DNA of 64,000 nucleotides from Eledone cirrhosa (Eukaryota), in contig OZ024743.1 of assembly GCA_964016885.1 (NCBI GenBank), positions 302,932,001-302,996,000 on the forward strand. Reading direction: 5' to 3'. Positions 9,621-21,161 of the stretch are shown here, piece after piece (position 1 is the first letter of the stretch; each line of letters starts with the position of its first letter). The notes beneath the pieces are model-generated. The model was not told the DNA's origin. It was given only the letters and a program-made list of their open reading frames with translations, and ran no database searches. The translations under genes and the position numbers were made by a program.

Positions 9621-12600
9621 GGGAAGAAGACGCACGAGGTGGCGGAGGTCATGAAATCGCTCCCGTAAGTTTTGAATTTTTAACATATTTAAATCATTTG
9701 TGAAATAACAACTCTTAGTACAAATGCTACGTAAAGCACCCGGCTTGAGCCCCAAAAAATTCGGACCCAAAATATGTTGTTATAAGGCTCAAATATTCAA
9801 ATATTCAACTTTGTATTGTACACTGTATATCCAAAAAAGAAAATGGCTATAAATGGAAGAAGAACCCCCCCCCCCCCTCCCCTCCTCTGTCTACACTATA
9901 TAGAACAGCCAAACCAGAAACTAGATACACCACCCACCCCATCACCTGTGTACACTAAACACAACAGCCAGATAACGGCATTTTCGCCACCACCGCTCAC
10001 TACTGCCATCATTTCCACCACTATCCCATCACCGCCGCCACCACCCCTTCACTCCTTCACTGCTACCACCGCTACAGCACCATCACTACAGTAATACGGT
10101 CACATCACCGCCACCACTGCCTCGGTATCGCCATCACCACCACCACTCTCTCAGTATCGCTACCGCCGCCAGTCTCCCACTTCTCCTAGCTGGATGCTGC
10201 CAACACATTATAGAATTCCTACTACTAAAAAAGATGAAGGCATCAAAATATATAGATAGACTCAAAAGAAAAAAGGAAAAACAAACAACAAAACCAAAGC
10301 AGCACAGCAACAACAGCAAAAAACGAGAAAATCATAGAAACAAACAAAAAAAAAAACCAAAAAACGTAAAGAAAATAAGAATGAAGAGAGAAGCAGGTGG
10401 ACGGATAGAGAAGAGGGGGGAAAAACTAAAACTTAAAAAACAAAAACTAAGTCAGACATTCGAACACTACATTACAATGAAACTTATGCTTATTCATTTT
10501 TGGGGCCCTTCTGCCTGTGTGTTTGTTTGTTCATGTGTGTTCGTATACAGCGTGGTGATAATGCCACACAAGGGCCAAGTGGAACGGCGAATCCACAGAT
10601 GGCTATGTTACCATACATTCGCCAATCCTCGATAAGAGTGTTTAAATATCGAACATAAACAGTTCGAATAACGGTGAAATGGAGACTAGAACGTCATGTG
10701 ACAGACTCTCACCCAACAGGTGCCCCCTGGCTCAGCAGCAGGAACCTGACTGTCAACCAAATACTGCTGATGTTGGAGGAAGAAGAAGAAGGAAAGGGGC
10801 CAGAACCAACTGGACGAAAGAATTGAATAGAACTGTTATGCAATGTTACCTGAAAAGTAACCCCAAGGAGAGGGGCTACAGGAGACGGATGCATAACATC
10901 TGGAACGAGATTGGTCTATTTAAATTAGATGAACAAAAATTGGCCGGGCAGGCTCGGGTAATAAGAACTAATGGGTGGATAAGCGAGCTGGAACTGGAGG
11001 AACTGAGCAGAGAGAATGGCTTGGAGATGGCGGGTGTAGTATGCCAGACAAGCGAGCCAGTGGGAAATGAAGGTGAAGAGGTTCTGAGAACGGAGGAACC
11101 ACCCGAAGCAGACAATGATCTGAATACTGAGATAAATAATACCTGGAACAGAGATACGGCCACTGAGGAGATGAATGCTGACGGGCTAGGACAAGATTCG
11201 GTTGACATCCTAAATTTAGTGGTAGATGAATTGAACAATGATAGTGGGAGACCTATAAACCTAAAATTTGTAGACAGGAAAAAGTTAAAAGAAACAACAG
11301 CTAAGGTAAACAAAGTCATCCCATACCTTGAGGCGTGGAGCCTTCACCAGTGCAACAGTATCCTCAAAGCAACAGCAAATACGGTGAGGAAACTACTTGG
11401 TATAAAAGCGAGAGGAAACAACAGACAAGAAAGAGCAGAGCCGTGGTGGAAGAAACGACTGAGTGGTCAAATCGGGGAAATGAGAAATGACATAGGAAAG
11501 CTTGAGTCACTACTGAATGGGACACTAAAAAACATAGGCACTAAAAATAGACTGGAAATAAAGTACAAAACTAGGAGGAAAAAGCTAAATATTATCATAG
11601 AGGAACTGAAGCAACGCATTGTAGCAAAGAGTGCAAAAATCAGGCGATACGAGAACAGAGTCAGTCAGTATAAACAGAACCGCATGTTCGACAACAACCA
11701 GAAGATGCTGTTTGGACAGCTTGAGGAGAAAGAAAGAGGCAACGACTTGATCCCTGGGGCGGAGCAAACTAAAACATTCTGGAGAGGAATATGGGAGCAG
11801 GATGTTAGACATAATGTCCAGGCAGGGTGGATTGAGACAGTACAGAGGGAGATCGGTGAGCAGGCACACCAACAAACTGATTTGAGTATCACAGTTGAAA
11901 CTCTTAAGGGGCAGGCCAAAAAACTAACCAACTGGAAATCACCAGGCCCAGATGGTGTGCAGGGGTATTGGATTAAAAATTTAACATCCCTCCACCCGAA
12001 GCTGACGGCCATGTTCAATGACTGCTTGGTGTCGGGTGAGGTGCCAGAGTGGTTGACAAAAGGTACCACAGTTCTGATAATGAAAGACCGAATCAAGGGT
12101 AATGATGTTACCAACTATAGACCTATCACATGTCTGTCCGTAATGTGGAAACTGTTGACGAGCATTGTGTCTGAAGAAATCTACCATCACCTCCACACAA
12201 ACAACTTGTTACCGGACGAACAGAAAGGATGCCGAAAGAAGTCACGTGGTACAAAGGACCAGTTACTTATTGATAAGATGGTAATGGGGAATTGCAGGAG
12301 GAGACACACTGATCTTGCCATGGGATGGATAGACTACAGAAAGGCATTTGACATGGTCCCTCATTCTTGGATCACCAAAAGCCTGGAGATCTTCGGGTTG
12401 GCAGATAACACCAGACAGTTGCTGGGCAGGAGTATGGGGTCCTGGGAGACAGAGTTGACATCAACTGGAGTATCCTTGGGAAGCGTGAAGATCAAGAGAG
12501 GTATCTTCCAGGGAGATAACCTGTCCCCTCTGTTGTTTGTCCTTGCCCTGATGCCCTTGACCATTATGCTGCGAAAAGTGAGAGCAGGATACAAGCTGGG

Positions 12601-14145
12601 AAAGGGAGAGCTTACCATCAATCACCTCCTCTTCATGGACGATCTTCAGCTCTTCGGGAAAAGTGAGAAGTAGTTGGATGTGCTTGTTGACACTGTCCGT
12701 ATTTTCGGCAGTGATATATGTATGCAGTTTGGTATTAGGAAATGTGGAGTCATTGTGATGAGGAGGGGTAGGTTGACCAGAAGTAACGGGATCCAGATAC
12801 CAACAGGTGAGATGATAAAGGAAATTGACTCTGAGGAAGGATACAAGTATTTGGGCGTTCTGGAGGCTGATGGCATAAAGAACAAAAAAATGAAGGAATT
12901 GTTAAGAACTGAATACATTCGGAGAGTAAGGAGCGTATTGAAGTCACATCTGAACAGCAGAAATGCCATAAGCGCAGTAAATTCCCGAGCTGTGTCTATT
13001 ATTAGGTACAGCGCGGGAATTCTGAGATGGAATGTTGCTGAACAAAAAGAAATGGATAGGAAGACTAGGAAGCTATTGACTATCTACAACATCTTCCACA
13101 AGAGGAGTGATGTCGATAGACTCTACCTAAGGAGATCTGACGGTGGAAGAGGTTTTATCAGCATAGAGGACTGTGTTCAGATGGAGAAAAACAACCTACC
13201 CAAATACGTGACCTATAGTAAGGAGCCAATGCTCAGAACTGTACTGAAAGAGGGGACAGTAGGCCAGGGGATGTCCAAGGAGGAAATAACATCAAGGAGG
13301 AAGAGCAGCCTTAAGGGAAAATCCCTTCATAGTACCTTCTTTGAGAAAACTGAATTTAGAGATCCACAGACATTTAACTGGTTGAGAAGAGGAGACCTCA
13401 AAAAGGCTACAGAAGGAATGCTAATGGCTGCGCAGGAGCAGGCCCTCAAAACGAAGTGGTTGAAGCACCATATTTACAAGGAGGAGGCTAGCCCACTGTG
13501 CAGGATCTGTGGAGAGAGAGAGGAGACTGTGGCTCACATTGTGTCCGAGTGTAAACACCTAGCCCAGACCCACTATAAGGGCTGGAGACACGATGTGATG
13601 GGCAGGGTGATCCACTGGCACCTGTGCAAAGTAAACAATCTACCACATTCTGAGAAATGGTATGAGCATAGGCCAGAGGCGGTGATGGAGAACAGTCAGG
13701 TGAAGGTGCTGTGGGATTTTAGGATACAGACGGACAAAAAACTGGAACACAATAGACCTGACCTGGTGGTTGTGGACAAAGAAAAAAGATCGTGTCTGAT
13801 TGTCGATGTGGCCTGCCCGTTCGACACGAGAGTGCAAGAGAAGGAGAGGGAGAAAATTAACCGATACCAGGACCTAAGGTGGGAGGTGAAAAGGATTTGG
13901 AACTGCCATGAAGTCAAAGTGAACCCGATTGTCATAGGCGCACTGGGGACTATCTCCAAAAGTTTCCAGGGATGGTTAAAGAAAATCGACCCCTTCACGC
14001 TTTTTGGAACGCTTCAAAAGGCATGCTTGCTAGGAACAACAAGAACCCTCCGATACGTCCTGAATATCTGAGGCTGCAGGTAGTGGCTTGATATTCATTC
14101 CAACGGACTTTCCAGTTAACCAACATCAATGACTGAGATTCAAGG
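9621..14145 (+). mobile_element. Full-length R4/Dong-clade RLE retrotransposon, family A copy 1
   Basis: Leader starting GGGAAGAAGAC, single-ORF RT-CCHC-RLE architecture, 3' end GACTGAGATTCAAGG + (TAA)n; near-identical to 14220-19058. Confidence 0.9.
10679..14071 (+). pseudogene. Dong-A1 ORF with one nonsense codon (TAG at 12671-12673)
   Basis: AAG TAG TTG versus AAG GAG TTG in copy 2; same frame continues to 14071. Confidence 0.9.
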
Positions 14146-14154
14146 AATAACAAC

Positions 14155-14219
<65 letters not shown>
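14146..14219. repeat. (TAA)n tail/target, starting with CAA variants
   Basis: Seen directly. Confidence 0.95.
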
Positions 14220-14385
14220 GGGAAGAAAACGCACGAGGTGACGGAGGTCATGAAATCGCTCCCGTAAGTTTTGAATTTTTAACATATTTAAATCATTTGT
14301 GAAATAACAACTCTTAGTACAAATGCTACGTAAAGCACCCGGCTTGAGCCCCAAAAAAATTCGGACCCAAAATATATTGTTATAA

Positions 14386-15017
14386 GGCTCAAATATTCAA
14401 ATATTCAACTTTGTATTGTACACTGTATATCCAAAAAAAAAAAAAAATGGCTATAAATGGAAGAAGAAGAACCCCCCCCCCCCCACTATAAAGGACAGCT
14501 AAACTCACCAACACCAGAAACTAGATACACCACCCACCCCATCATCTGTGTACACTAAACACAACAGCATTTTCACCTTCACCACCACCGCTCACTACGG
14601 CCATCATTACCACCACTATCCCATCACCGCCGCCACCACCCCTTGACTCCTTCACTGCTGCTGCCACCGCTACAGCACCATCACTACAGTAATACGGCTC
14701 AAATATTCAAATATTCAACTTTGTATTGTACACTGTATATCCAAAAAAAATAAAATGGCTATAAATGGAAGAAGAAGAACCCCCCCCCCTCCTCTCCTCT
14801 GGCTACACTATATAGGACAGCGAAACTCACCAACACCAGAAACTAGATACACCACCCACCCCATCATCTGTGTACACTAAACACAACAGAATTTTCACCT
14901 TCACCGCCACCGCTCACTACGGCCATCATTACCACCACTATCCCATCACCGCCGCCACCACCCCTTGACTCCTTCACTGCTGCTGCCACCGCTACAGCAC
15001 CATCACTACAGTAATAC
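14386..15017 (+). repeat. Tandem duplication of a ~310-320-bp leader unit (14386-14695, 14696-15017)
   Basis: Both units start ggctcaaatattcaaatattcaactttg and end cactacagtaatac; single unit in copy 1. Confidence 0.9.
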
Positions 15018-15591
15018 GGTCGCATCATCGCCACCACTGCCTCGGTATCGACATCACCACCACCACTGTCTCAGTATCGCCAACGCCGCCAGTCTCTGCT
15101 GGCTGCCACTTCCACATTATAGAATTCCTACTACTAACAAAGAGGAAGGCATCAAAATATATAGATAGACTCAAAAGAAAAAAGAAAAAACAAACAACAA
15201 AAGCAGCACAGCAACAACAGCAAAAAACGAGAAAAACAAACAGAAAAACAAAAACAAAAAAAGAAACCCCAAAAACGTAAAGAAAATAAGAATGAAGAGA
15301 GAAGCAGGCGGACGGACAGAGAAGAGGGGGGGGGAAAGTAAAACTTAAAAAACAAAAACTAAGTCAGACATTCGAATACTACATTACAATGAAACTTATG
15401 CTTATTCATTTTTGGGGCCCTTTCTGCCCGTGTGTTTGTTTGTTTATGTGTGTCCGTATACAGCGTGGTGATAATGCCACACAAGGGCCAAGTGGGATGG
15501 CGGTTCCACAGATGGCTATGTAAACATACATTCGCCAATCCTCGATAAGAGTGTTTAAATATCGAACATAAACAGTTCGAATAACGGTGAA

Positions 15592-18500
15592 ATGGAGACT
15601 AGAATGTCATGTGACAGACTCTCACCCAACAGGTGCCCCCTGGCTCAGCAGCAGGAACCTGACTGTCAACCAAATACTGCTGATGTTGGAGGAAGAAGAA
15701 GAAGGAAAGGGGCCAGAACCAACTGGACGAAAGAATTGAATAGAACTGTTATGCAATACTACATGAAAAGTAACCTCAAGGAGAGGGGCTACAGGAGACG
15801 GATGCATAACATCTGGAACGAGATTGGTTTATTTAAATTAGATGAACAAAAATTGGCCGGGCAGGCTCGGGTAATAAGAACTAATGGGTGGATAAGCGAG
15901 CTGGAACTGGAGGAACTGAGCAGAGAGAATGGCTTGGAGATGGCGGGTGTAGTATGCCAGACAAGCGAGCCGGCGGGAAATGAAGGTGAGGAGGTCCTGA
16001 GAACGGAGGAACCACCCGAAGCAGACAATGATCTGAATACTGAGATAAATAATACCTGGAACAGAGATACGGCCACTGAGGAGATGAATGCTGACGGGCT
16101 AGGACAAGATTCGGTTGACATCCTAAATTTAGTGGTAGATGAGTTGAACAATGATAGTGGGAGACCTATGAACCTAAGATTTGTAGACAGGAAAAAGTTA
16201 AAAGAAACAACAGGTAAGGTAAACAAAGTCATCCCATACCTTGAGGCGAGGAGTCTTTACCAGTGCAACAATATCCTCAAAGCAACAGCAAATACGGTGA
16301 GGAAACTACTTGGTATAAAAGCGAGAGGAAACAACAGACAAGAAAGAGCAGAGCCGTGGTGGAAGAAGCGACTGAGTGGGCAAATCGGGGAAATGAGAAA
16401 TGACATAGGAAAGCTTGAGTCACAACTGAATGGGACACTAAAAAACATAGGCACTAAAAATAGACTGGAAATAAAATACAAAACTAGGAGTAAAAAGCTA
16501 AATATTATCATAGAGGAATTGAAGCAACGCATTGTAGCAAAGAGTGCCAAAATCAGGCGATACGAGAACAGAGTCAGTCAGTATAAACAGAACCGCATGT
16601 TCGACAACAACCAGAAGATGCTGTTTGGACAGCTTGAGGGGAAAGAAAGAGGCAACGACTTGATCCCTGGGGCGGAACAAGCTAAAACATTCTGGAGAGG
16701 AATATGGGAGCAGGATGTTAGACACAATGCCCAGGCAGGGTGGATTGAGACAGTACAGAGGGAGATCGGTGAGCAGGCACAACAACAGACTGATTTGAGT
16801 ATCACAGTTGAAACTCTTAAGGGGCAAGCCAAAAAACTAACCAACTGGAAATCACCAGGCCCAGATGGTGTGCAGGGGTATTGGATTAAACATTTAACAT
16901 CCCTCCACCCGAAGCTGACGGCCATGTTCAATGACTGCTTGGTGTCGGGTGAGGTGCCAGAGTGGTTGACAAAAGGTACCACAGTTCTGATAATGAAAGA
17001 CCGAATCAAGGGTAATGATGTTACCAACTATAGACCTATCACATGTCTGCCCGTAATGTGGAAACTGTTGACGAGCATTGTGTCTGAGGAAATCTACCAT
17101 CACCTCCACACAAACAACTTGTTGCCGGACGAACAGAAAGGATGCCGAAAGAAGTCACGTGGTACAAAGGACCAGTTGCTTATTGATAAGATGGTAATGG
17201 GGAATTGCAGGAGGAGACACACTGATCTTGCCATGGGATGGGTAGACTACAGAAAGGCATTTGACATGGTGCCTCATTCCTGGATCACGAAAAGCCTGGA
17301 GATCTTCAGGGTGGCAGATAACATCAGACAGTTGCTGGGCAGGAGTATGGGGTCCTGGGAGACAGAGTTGACATCAACTGGAGTATCCTTGGGAAGCGTG
17401 AAGATCAAGAGAGGTATCTTCCAGGGAGATAGCCTGTCCCCTCTGTTGTTTGTCCTTGCCCTGATGCACTTGACCATTATGCTGCGAAAAGTGAGAGCAG
17501 GATACAAGTTGGGAAGGGGAGAGCTTACCATCAATCACCTCCTCTTCATGGACGATCTTAAGCTCTTCGGGAAAAGTGAGAAGGAGTTGGATGTGCTTGT
17601 TGACACTGTCCGTATTTTCAGCAGTGATATATGTATGCAGTTTGGTATTGGTAAATGTGGAGTCATTGTGATGAGGAGGGGTAGGTTGAGCAGAAGTAAC
17701 GGGATCCAGATACCAACAGGTGAGATGATACAGGAAATTGACTCTGAGGAAGGATACAAGTATTTGGGCGTTCTGGAGGCTGATGGCATAAAGAACAAAA
17801 AAATGAAGGAATTGTTAAGAACTGAATACATTCGGAGAGTAAGTAGCGTATTGAAGTCACATCTGAACAGCAGAAATGCCATAAGCGCAGTAAATTTCCG
17901 AGCTGTGTCTATTATTAGGTACAGTGCGGGAATTCTGAGATGGAATGTTGCTGAACAAAAAGAAATGGATAGGAAGACTAGGAAGCTATTGACTATCTAC
18001 AACATGTTCCACAAGAGGAGTGATGTCGATAGACTCTACCTAAGGAGATCTGAGAGTGGAAGAGGTCTTATCAGCATAGAGGACTGTGTTCAGATGGAGA
18101 AAAACAACCTATACAAATACGTGACCTATAGTAAGGAGCCAACGCTCAGAGCTGTACTGAAGGAGGGGACAGTAGGCCAGGGGATATCCAAGGAGGAAAT
18201 AACATCAAGGAGGAAGAGCAGCCTTAAGGGAAAATCCCTTCATAGTACCTTCTTTGAGAAAACTGAATTTAGAGATCCACAGACATGGAACTGGTTGAGA
18301 AGAGGAGACCTCAAAAAGGCTACAGAAGGAATGCTAATGGCTGCGCAGGAGCAGGCCTTCAAAACGAAGTGGTTGAAGCACCATATCTACAAGGAGGAGG
18401 CTAGCCCACTGTGCAGGATCTGTGGAGAGAGAGAGGAGACTGTGGCTCACATTGTGTCCGAGTGTAAACACCTAGCCCAGACCCACTATAAGGGCTGGAG

Positions 18501-18984
18501 ACACGATGTGATGGGCAGGGTGATCCACTGGCACCTGTGCAAAGTAAACAATCTACCACATTCTGAGAAATGGTATGAGCATAGGCCAGAGGCGGTGATG
18601 GAGAACAGTCAGGTGAAGGTGCTGTGGGATTTTAGGATACAGACGGACAAAAAACTGGAACACAATAGACCTGACCTGGTGGTTGTGGACAAAGAAAAAA
18701 GATCGTGCCTGATTGTGGATGTGGCCTGCCCGTTCGACACGAGAGTGCAAGAGAAGGAGAGGGAGAAAATTAACCGATACCAGGACCTAAAGTGGGAGGT
18801 GAAAAGGATTTGGAACTGCCATGAAGTCAAAGTGATCCCGATTGTCATAGGCGCACTGGGGACTATCTCCAAAGGTTTCCAGGGATGGTTAAAGAAAATC
18901 GGCCCCTTCACGCTTTTTGGAACGCTTCAAAAGGCATGCTTGCTTGGAACGGCAAGAACCCTCCGATACGTCCTGAATATCTGA
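15592..18984 (+). CDS. Dong-A2 intact ORF: RT + CCHC + restriction-like endonuclease, 1130 aa
   Basis: WKSPGPDG, YRPITCL, DYRKAFDMV, GIFQGDSLS, FMDD; CRIC..ETVAHIVSEC; RHD; RPDLVVVD..IVDVACP..K..RY (PD-(D/E)xK-type). Confidence 0.95.
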   Translation: METRMSCDRLSPNRCPLAQQQEPDCQPNTADVGGRRRRKGARTNWTKELNRTVMQYYMKSNLKERGYRRRMHNIWNEIGLFKLDEQKLAGQARVIRTNGWISELELEELSRENGLEMAGVVCQTSEPAGNEGEEVLRTEEPPEADNDLNTEINNTWNRDTATEEMNADGLGQDSVDILNLVVDELNNDSGRPMNLRFVDRKKLKETTGKVNKVIPYLEARSLYQCNNILKATANTVRKLLGIKARGNNRQERAEPWWKKRLSGQIGEMRNDIGKLESQLNGTLKNIGTKNRLEIKYKTRSKKLNIIIEELKQRIVAKSAKIRRYENRVSQYKQNRMFDNNQKMLFGQLEGKERGNDLIPGAEQAKTFWRGIWEQDVRHNAQAGWIETVQREIGEQAQQQTDLSITVETLKGQAKKLTNWKSPGPDGVQGYWIKHLTSLHPKLTAMFNDCLVSGEVPEWLTKGTTVLIMKDRIKGNDVTNYRPITCLPVMWKLLTSIVSEEIYHHLHTNNLLPDEQKGCRKKSRGTKDQLLIDKMVMGNCRRRHTDLAMGWVDYRKAFDMVPHSWITKSLEIFRVADNIRQLLGRSMGSWETELTSTGVSLGSVKIKRGIFQGDSLSPLLFVLALMHLTIMLRKVRAGYKLGRGELTINHLLFMDDLKLFGKSEKELDVLVDTVRIFSSDICMQFGIGKCGVIVMRRGRLSRSNGIQIPTGEMIQEIDSEEGYKYLGVLEADGIKNKKMKELLRTEYIRRVSSVLKSHLNSRNAISAVNFRAVSIIRYSAGILRWNVAEQKEMDRKTRKLLTIYNMFHKRSDVDRLYLRRSESGRGLISIEDCVQMEKNNLYKYVTYSKEPTLRAVLKEGTVGQGISKEEITSRRKSSLKGKSLHSTFFEKTEFRDPQTWNWLRRGDLKKATEGMLMAAQEQAFKTKWLKHHIYKEEASPLCRICGEREETVAHIVSECKHLAQTHYKGWRHDVMGRVIHWHLCKVNNLPHSEKWYEHRPEAVMENSQVKVLWDFRIQTDKKLEHNRPDLVVVDKEKRSCLIVDVACPFDTRVQEKEREKINRYQDLKWEVKRIWNCHEVKVIPIVIGALGTISKGFQGWLKKIGPFTLFGTLQKACLLGTARTLRYVLNI

Positions 18985-19085
18985 GGCTGCAGGTAGTGGC
19001 TTGATATTCAATCCAACGGACTTTCCAGTTAACCAACATCAATGACTGAGATTCAAGGAATAACAATAACAATAATAATAATAAT

Positions 19086-21097
19086 GATTTCTTTATTAAC
19101 CACAAGGGTTTACATAAAGTAGACATTAAGGACAGTGCAGGACAATGCAGGACGGTACAAATGGGCATTTCTGCGTGTAAAAAAAACAAAAACAGAGGAT
19201 GTAACAAAAAATAACAATGAAAATAACAATGAAAAATTCCCCAATAGGGGGGAGACTTCGGATGGACATTTGTGGAGAAAGCCCAGTAAAAAGCCACAAT
19301 GACCCTGACCACCAAGGCAAGTGCCCTCTCCCAGTTTTCCACCTTTAGTTTACAGATATATACTCAGAGTCGGCCCATTCACTCGGGCCATTCTTGTTTC
19401 TCTCACCCATCTTTCAACAAAATGCTGGGAAGAGAGCACTTCCTTCTCTACTCTGATTTTCCTTTTCAAATGAAATTTGAAAAAGTCAATCAGAGCATCA
19501 CCGAAGAGGTAAGTGCTCGTCTTCAGCCCTTTCAAACGTGTCCACCATACTATCTCTTTCGCCATGGCCACCAGACAGATAAAAAATGCCTGCCCTTCCC
19601 GGCTAAAGGAGGAGGGCGGGGCAATCCTCACGATAGACTCAGACGATAGCTGGATCCGTCCTAAACGCGACAGCAGGTGTTCGACATAAACCCACAAGTC
19701 AGCAATTTTCGGACACTGGACGAGTGCGTGCAGGACGGTTTCGTCGCCCTGCGCGCATCTCGGACATGCCCGGCTGACGGCACCTCCATGCCTGTAGAGT
19801 TTATCCCAAACTGGCAAGGCTCCTCGGTAGCACTGCCAGGCCAGAGATTTCTGGAAGTTGTCCATAGGCCCTGGCCCGAAAGTTCTTCCGAAGAGATTGG
19901 CTAGTTGATTTTCGTCGACGCCTAGAGTTTCCCCAAGTACGTCGTCGCTCTTCCCCTCCACTAATCCTCTATAGAACGCCGAGGTGGAGTTTCCACCGAT
20001 CACATTGCCCGATTGGTCGAGGGCTGTGAGCGCCTGAAGACATTCCAGTCTCCAGGCGCCCCCTCTCGGTCTTCGCTTGACCCAGGACTGCAGCTCCGTC
20101 AAGGAAACGAGCTGGGGAAAAACGCGTCTAGCAAACGGCGACCACACCTGATCACCGTCGAGGAAGAGGTGGAGATGTCGTAGCCTGAGCGCGTGCCTGC
20201 GCATCATCAGCCACGGCATGCCCAGCCCTCCACGTAGCGGGTGTTGACAACAGATGGACCGCCTGACCATCGGAGCACGTCCCTTCCACAAAAAGCGAAA
20301 GAGCAAACGCTCCAGCGCAGTCAGGCGAGGCTTAGGACAAGGTACGACGGTCAGGCGGTAGCAGATGACGGACGCGATGTACGCGTTAGCCACCTCCGCT
20401 CGACCTTTCAGGGATAGCTTCCTCTCGGCCCATTTCTGGGTGAGAGAAGCCACCCTGCTCGTCACCTCGTCCCAGTTTTTGTCCGTCTGGAGGTCCGGAC
20501 CGAACCAGACCCCTAGCAATTTAACCGGTCCGTCCGTCCAGCGTCCGACGACGCTGTTGGACGGCATGGACCTGCCTCTCCAGGTGCCGAGCTGCAGGCC
20601 CACTGACTTTTCCTGGTTGATCATTGCTCCTGTCACCGCTTCGTATTCTCTTAGTGTAGTGCCGATCGCCTCGATGTGTTTGGCGCTCGACACCACTACG
20701 GTGACATCGTCCGCATATGCTGACACTGATCTTCCGCATCCTAGTTCGCGCAGGACTCCCCTCAACGTCTCCAGTTTGTGCAGTAATGGCTCGAGAGTCA
20801 ATACGTACAAGAGGGACGAGAGGGGACATCCTTGGCGGACCGAGCGCATGATGTTGAACGGTTCCGACAGGTGACCGTTCACTCTCACCACAGAGCAGAT
20901 GTCGCTGTGCATGGCAGCGATCCAGCCTCTGAAGACGGGCCCAAAGCCAGCCGCCCTCAGGACGGCCGCTAGGTAACGATGGTCGACCCTATCGAAAGCT
21001 TTCGACTGATCTAAATTGATCAAGGACCCACCCGTGCCAGGTTCCTTAGCTACCCTCTCTATGATGTATCGCATGAGGTGGAGGTTGTCGTGGATGG
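19086..21097 (-). mobile_element. 5'-truncated Tx1 element of a second subfamily (Tx1-B); ORF2 remnant open 21097-19350
   Basis: Homologous to Tx1-A ORF2 from SIHDNLHLMRY to the end; different 3' UTR but same terminus AATAAAGAAATC; (TAA)n on both sides. Confidence 0.92.

Positions 21098-21161
<64 letters not shown>
21098..21161. repeat. (TAA)n
   Basis: Seen directly. Confidence 0.95.

Larger units (their letters stand above)
14220..19058 (+). mobile_element. Full-length Dong-A copy 2 with a duplicated leader segment
   Basis: Same termini as copy 1; flanked by (TAA)n. Confidence 0.92.

Noticed and set aside
9621-9720. HDV-like ribozyme at the Dong 5' end
   Set aside because: Could not build the nested double pseudoknot by eye
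12671-12673. Programmed stop readthrough in Dong-A1
   Set aside because: Sibling copies have GAG; simple point mutation
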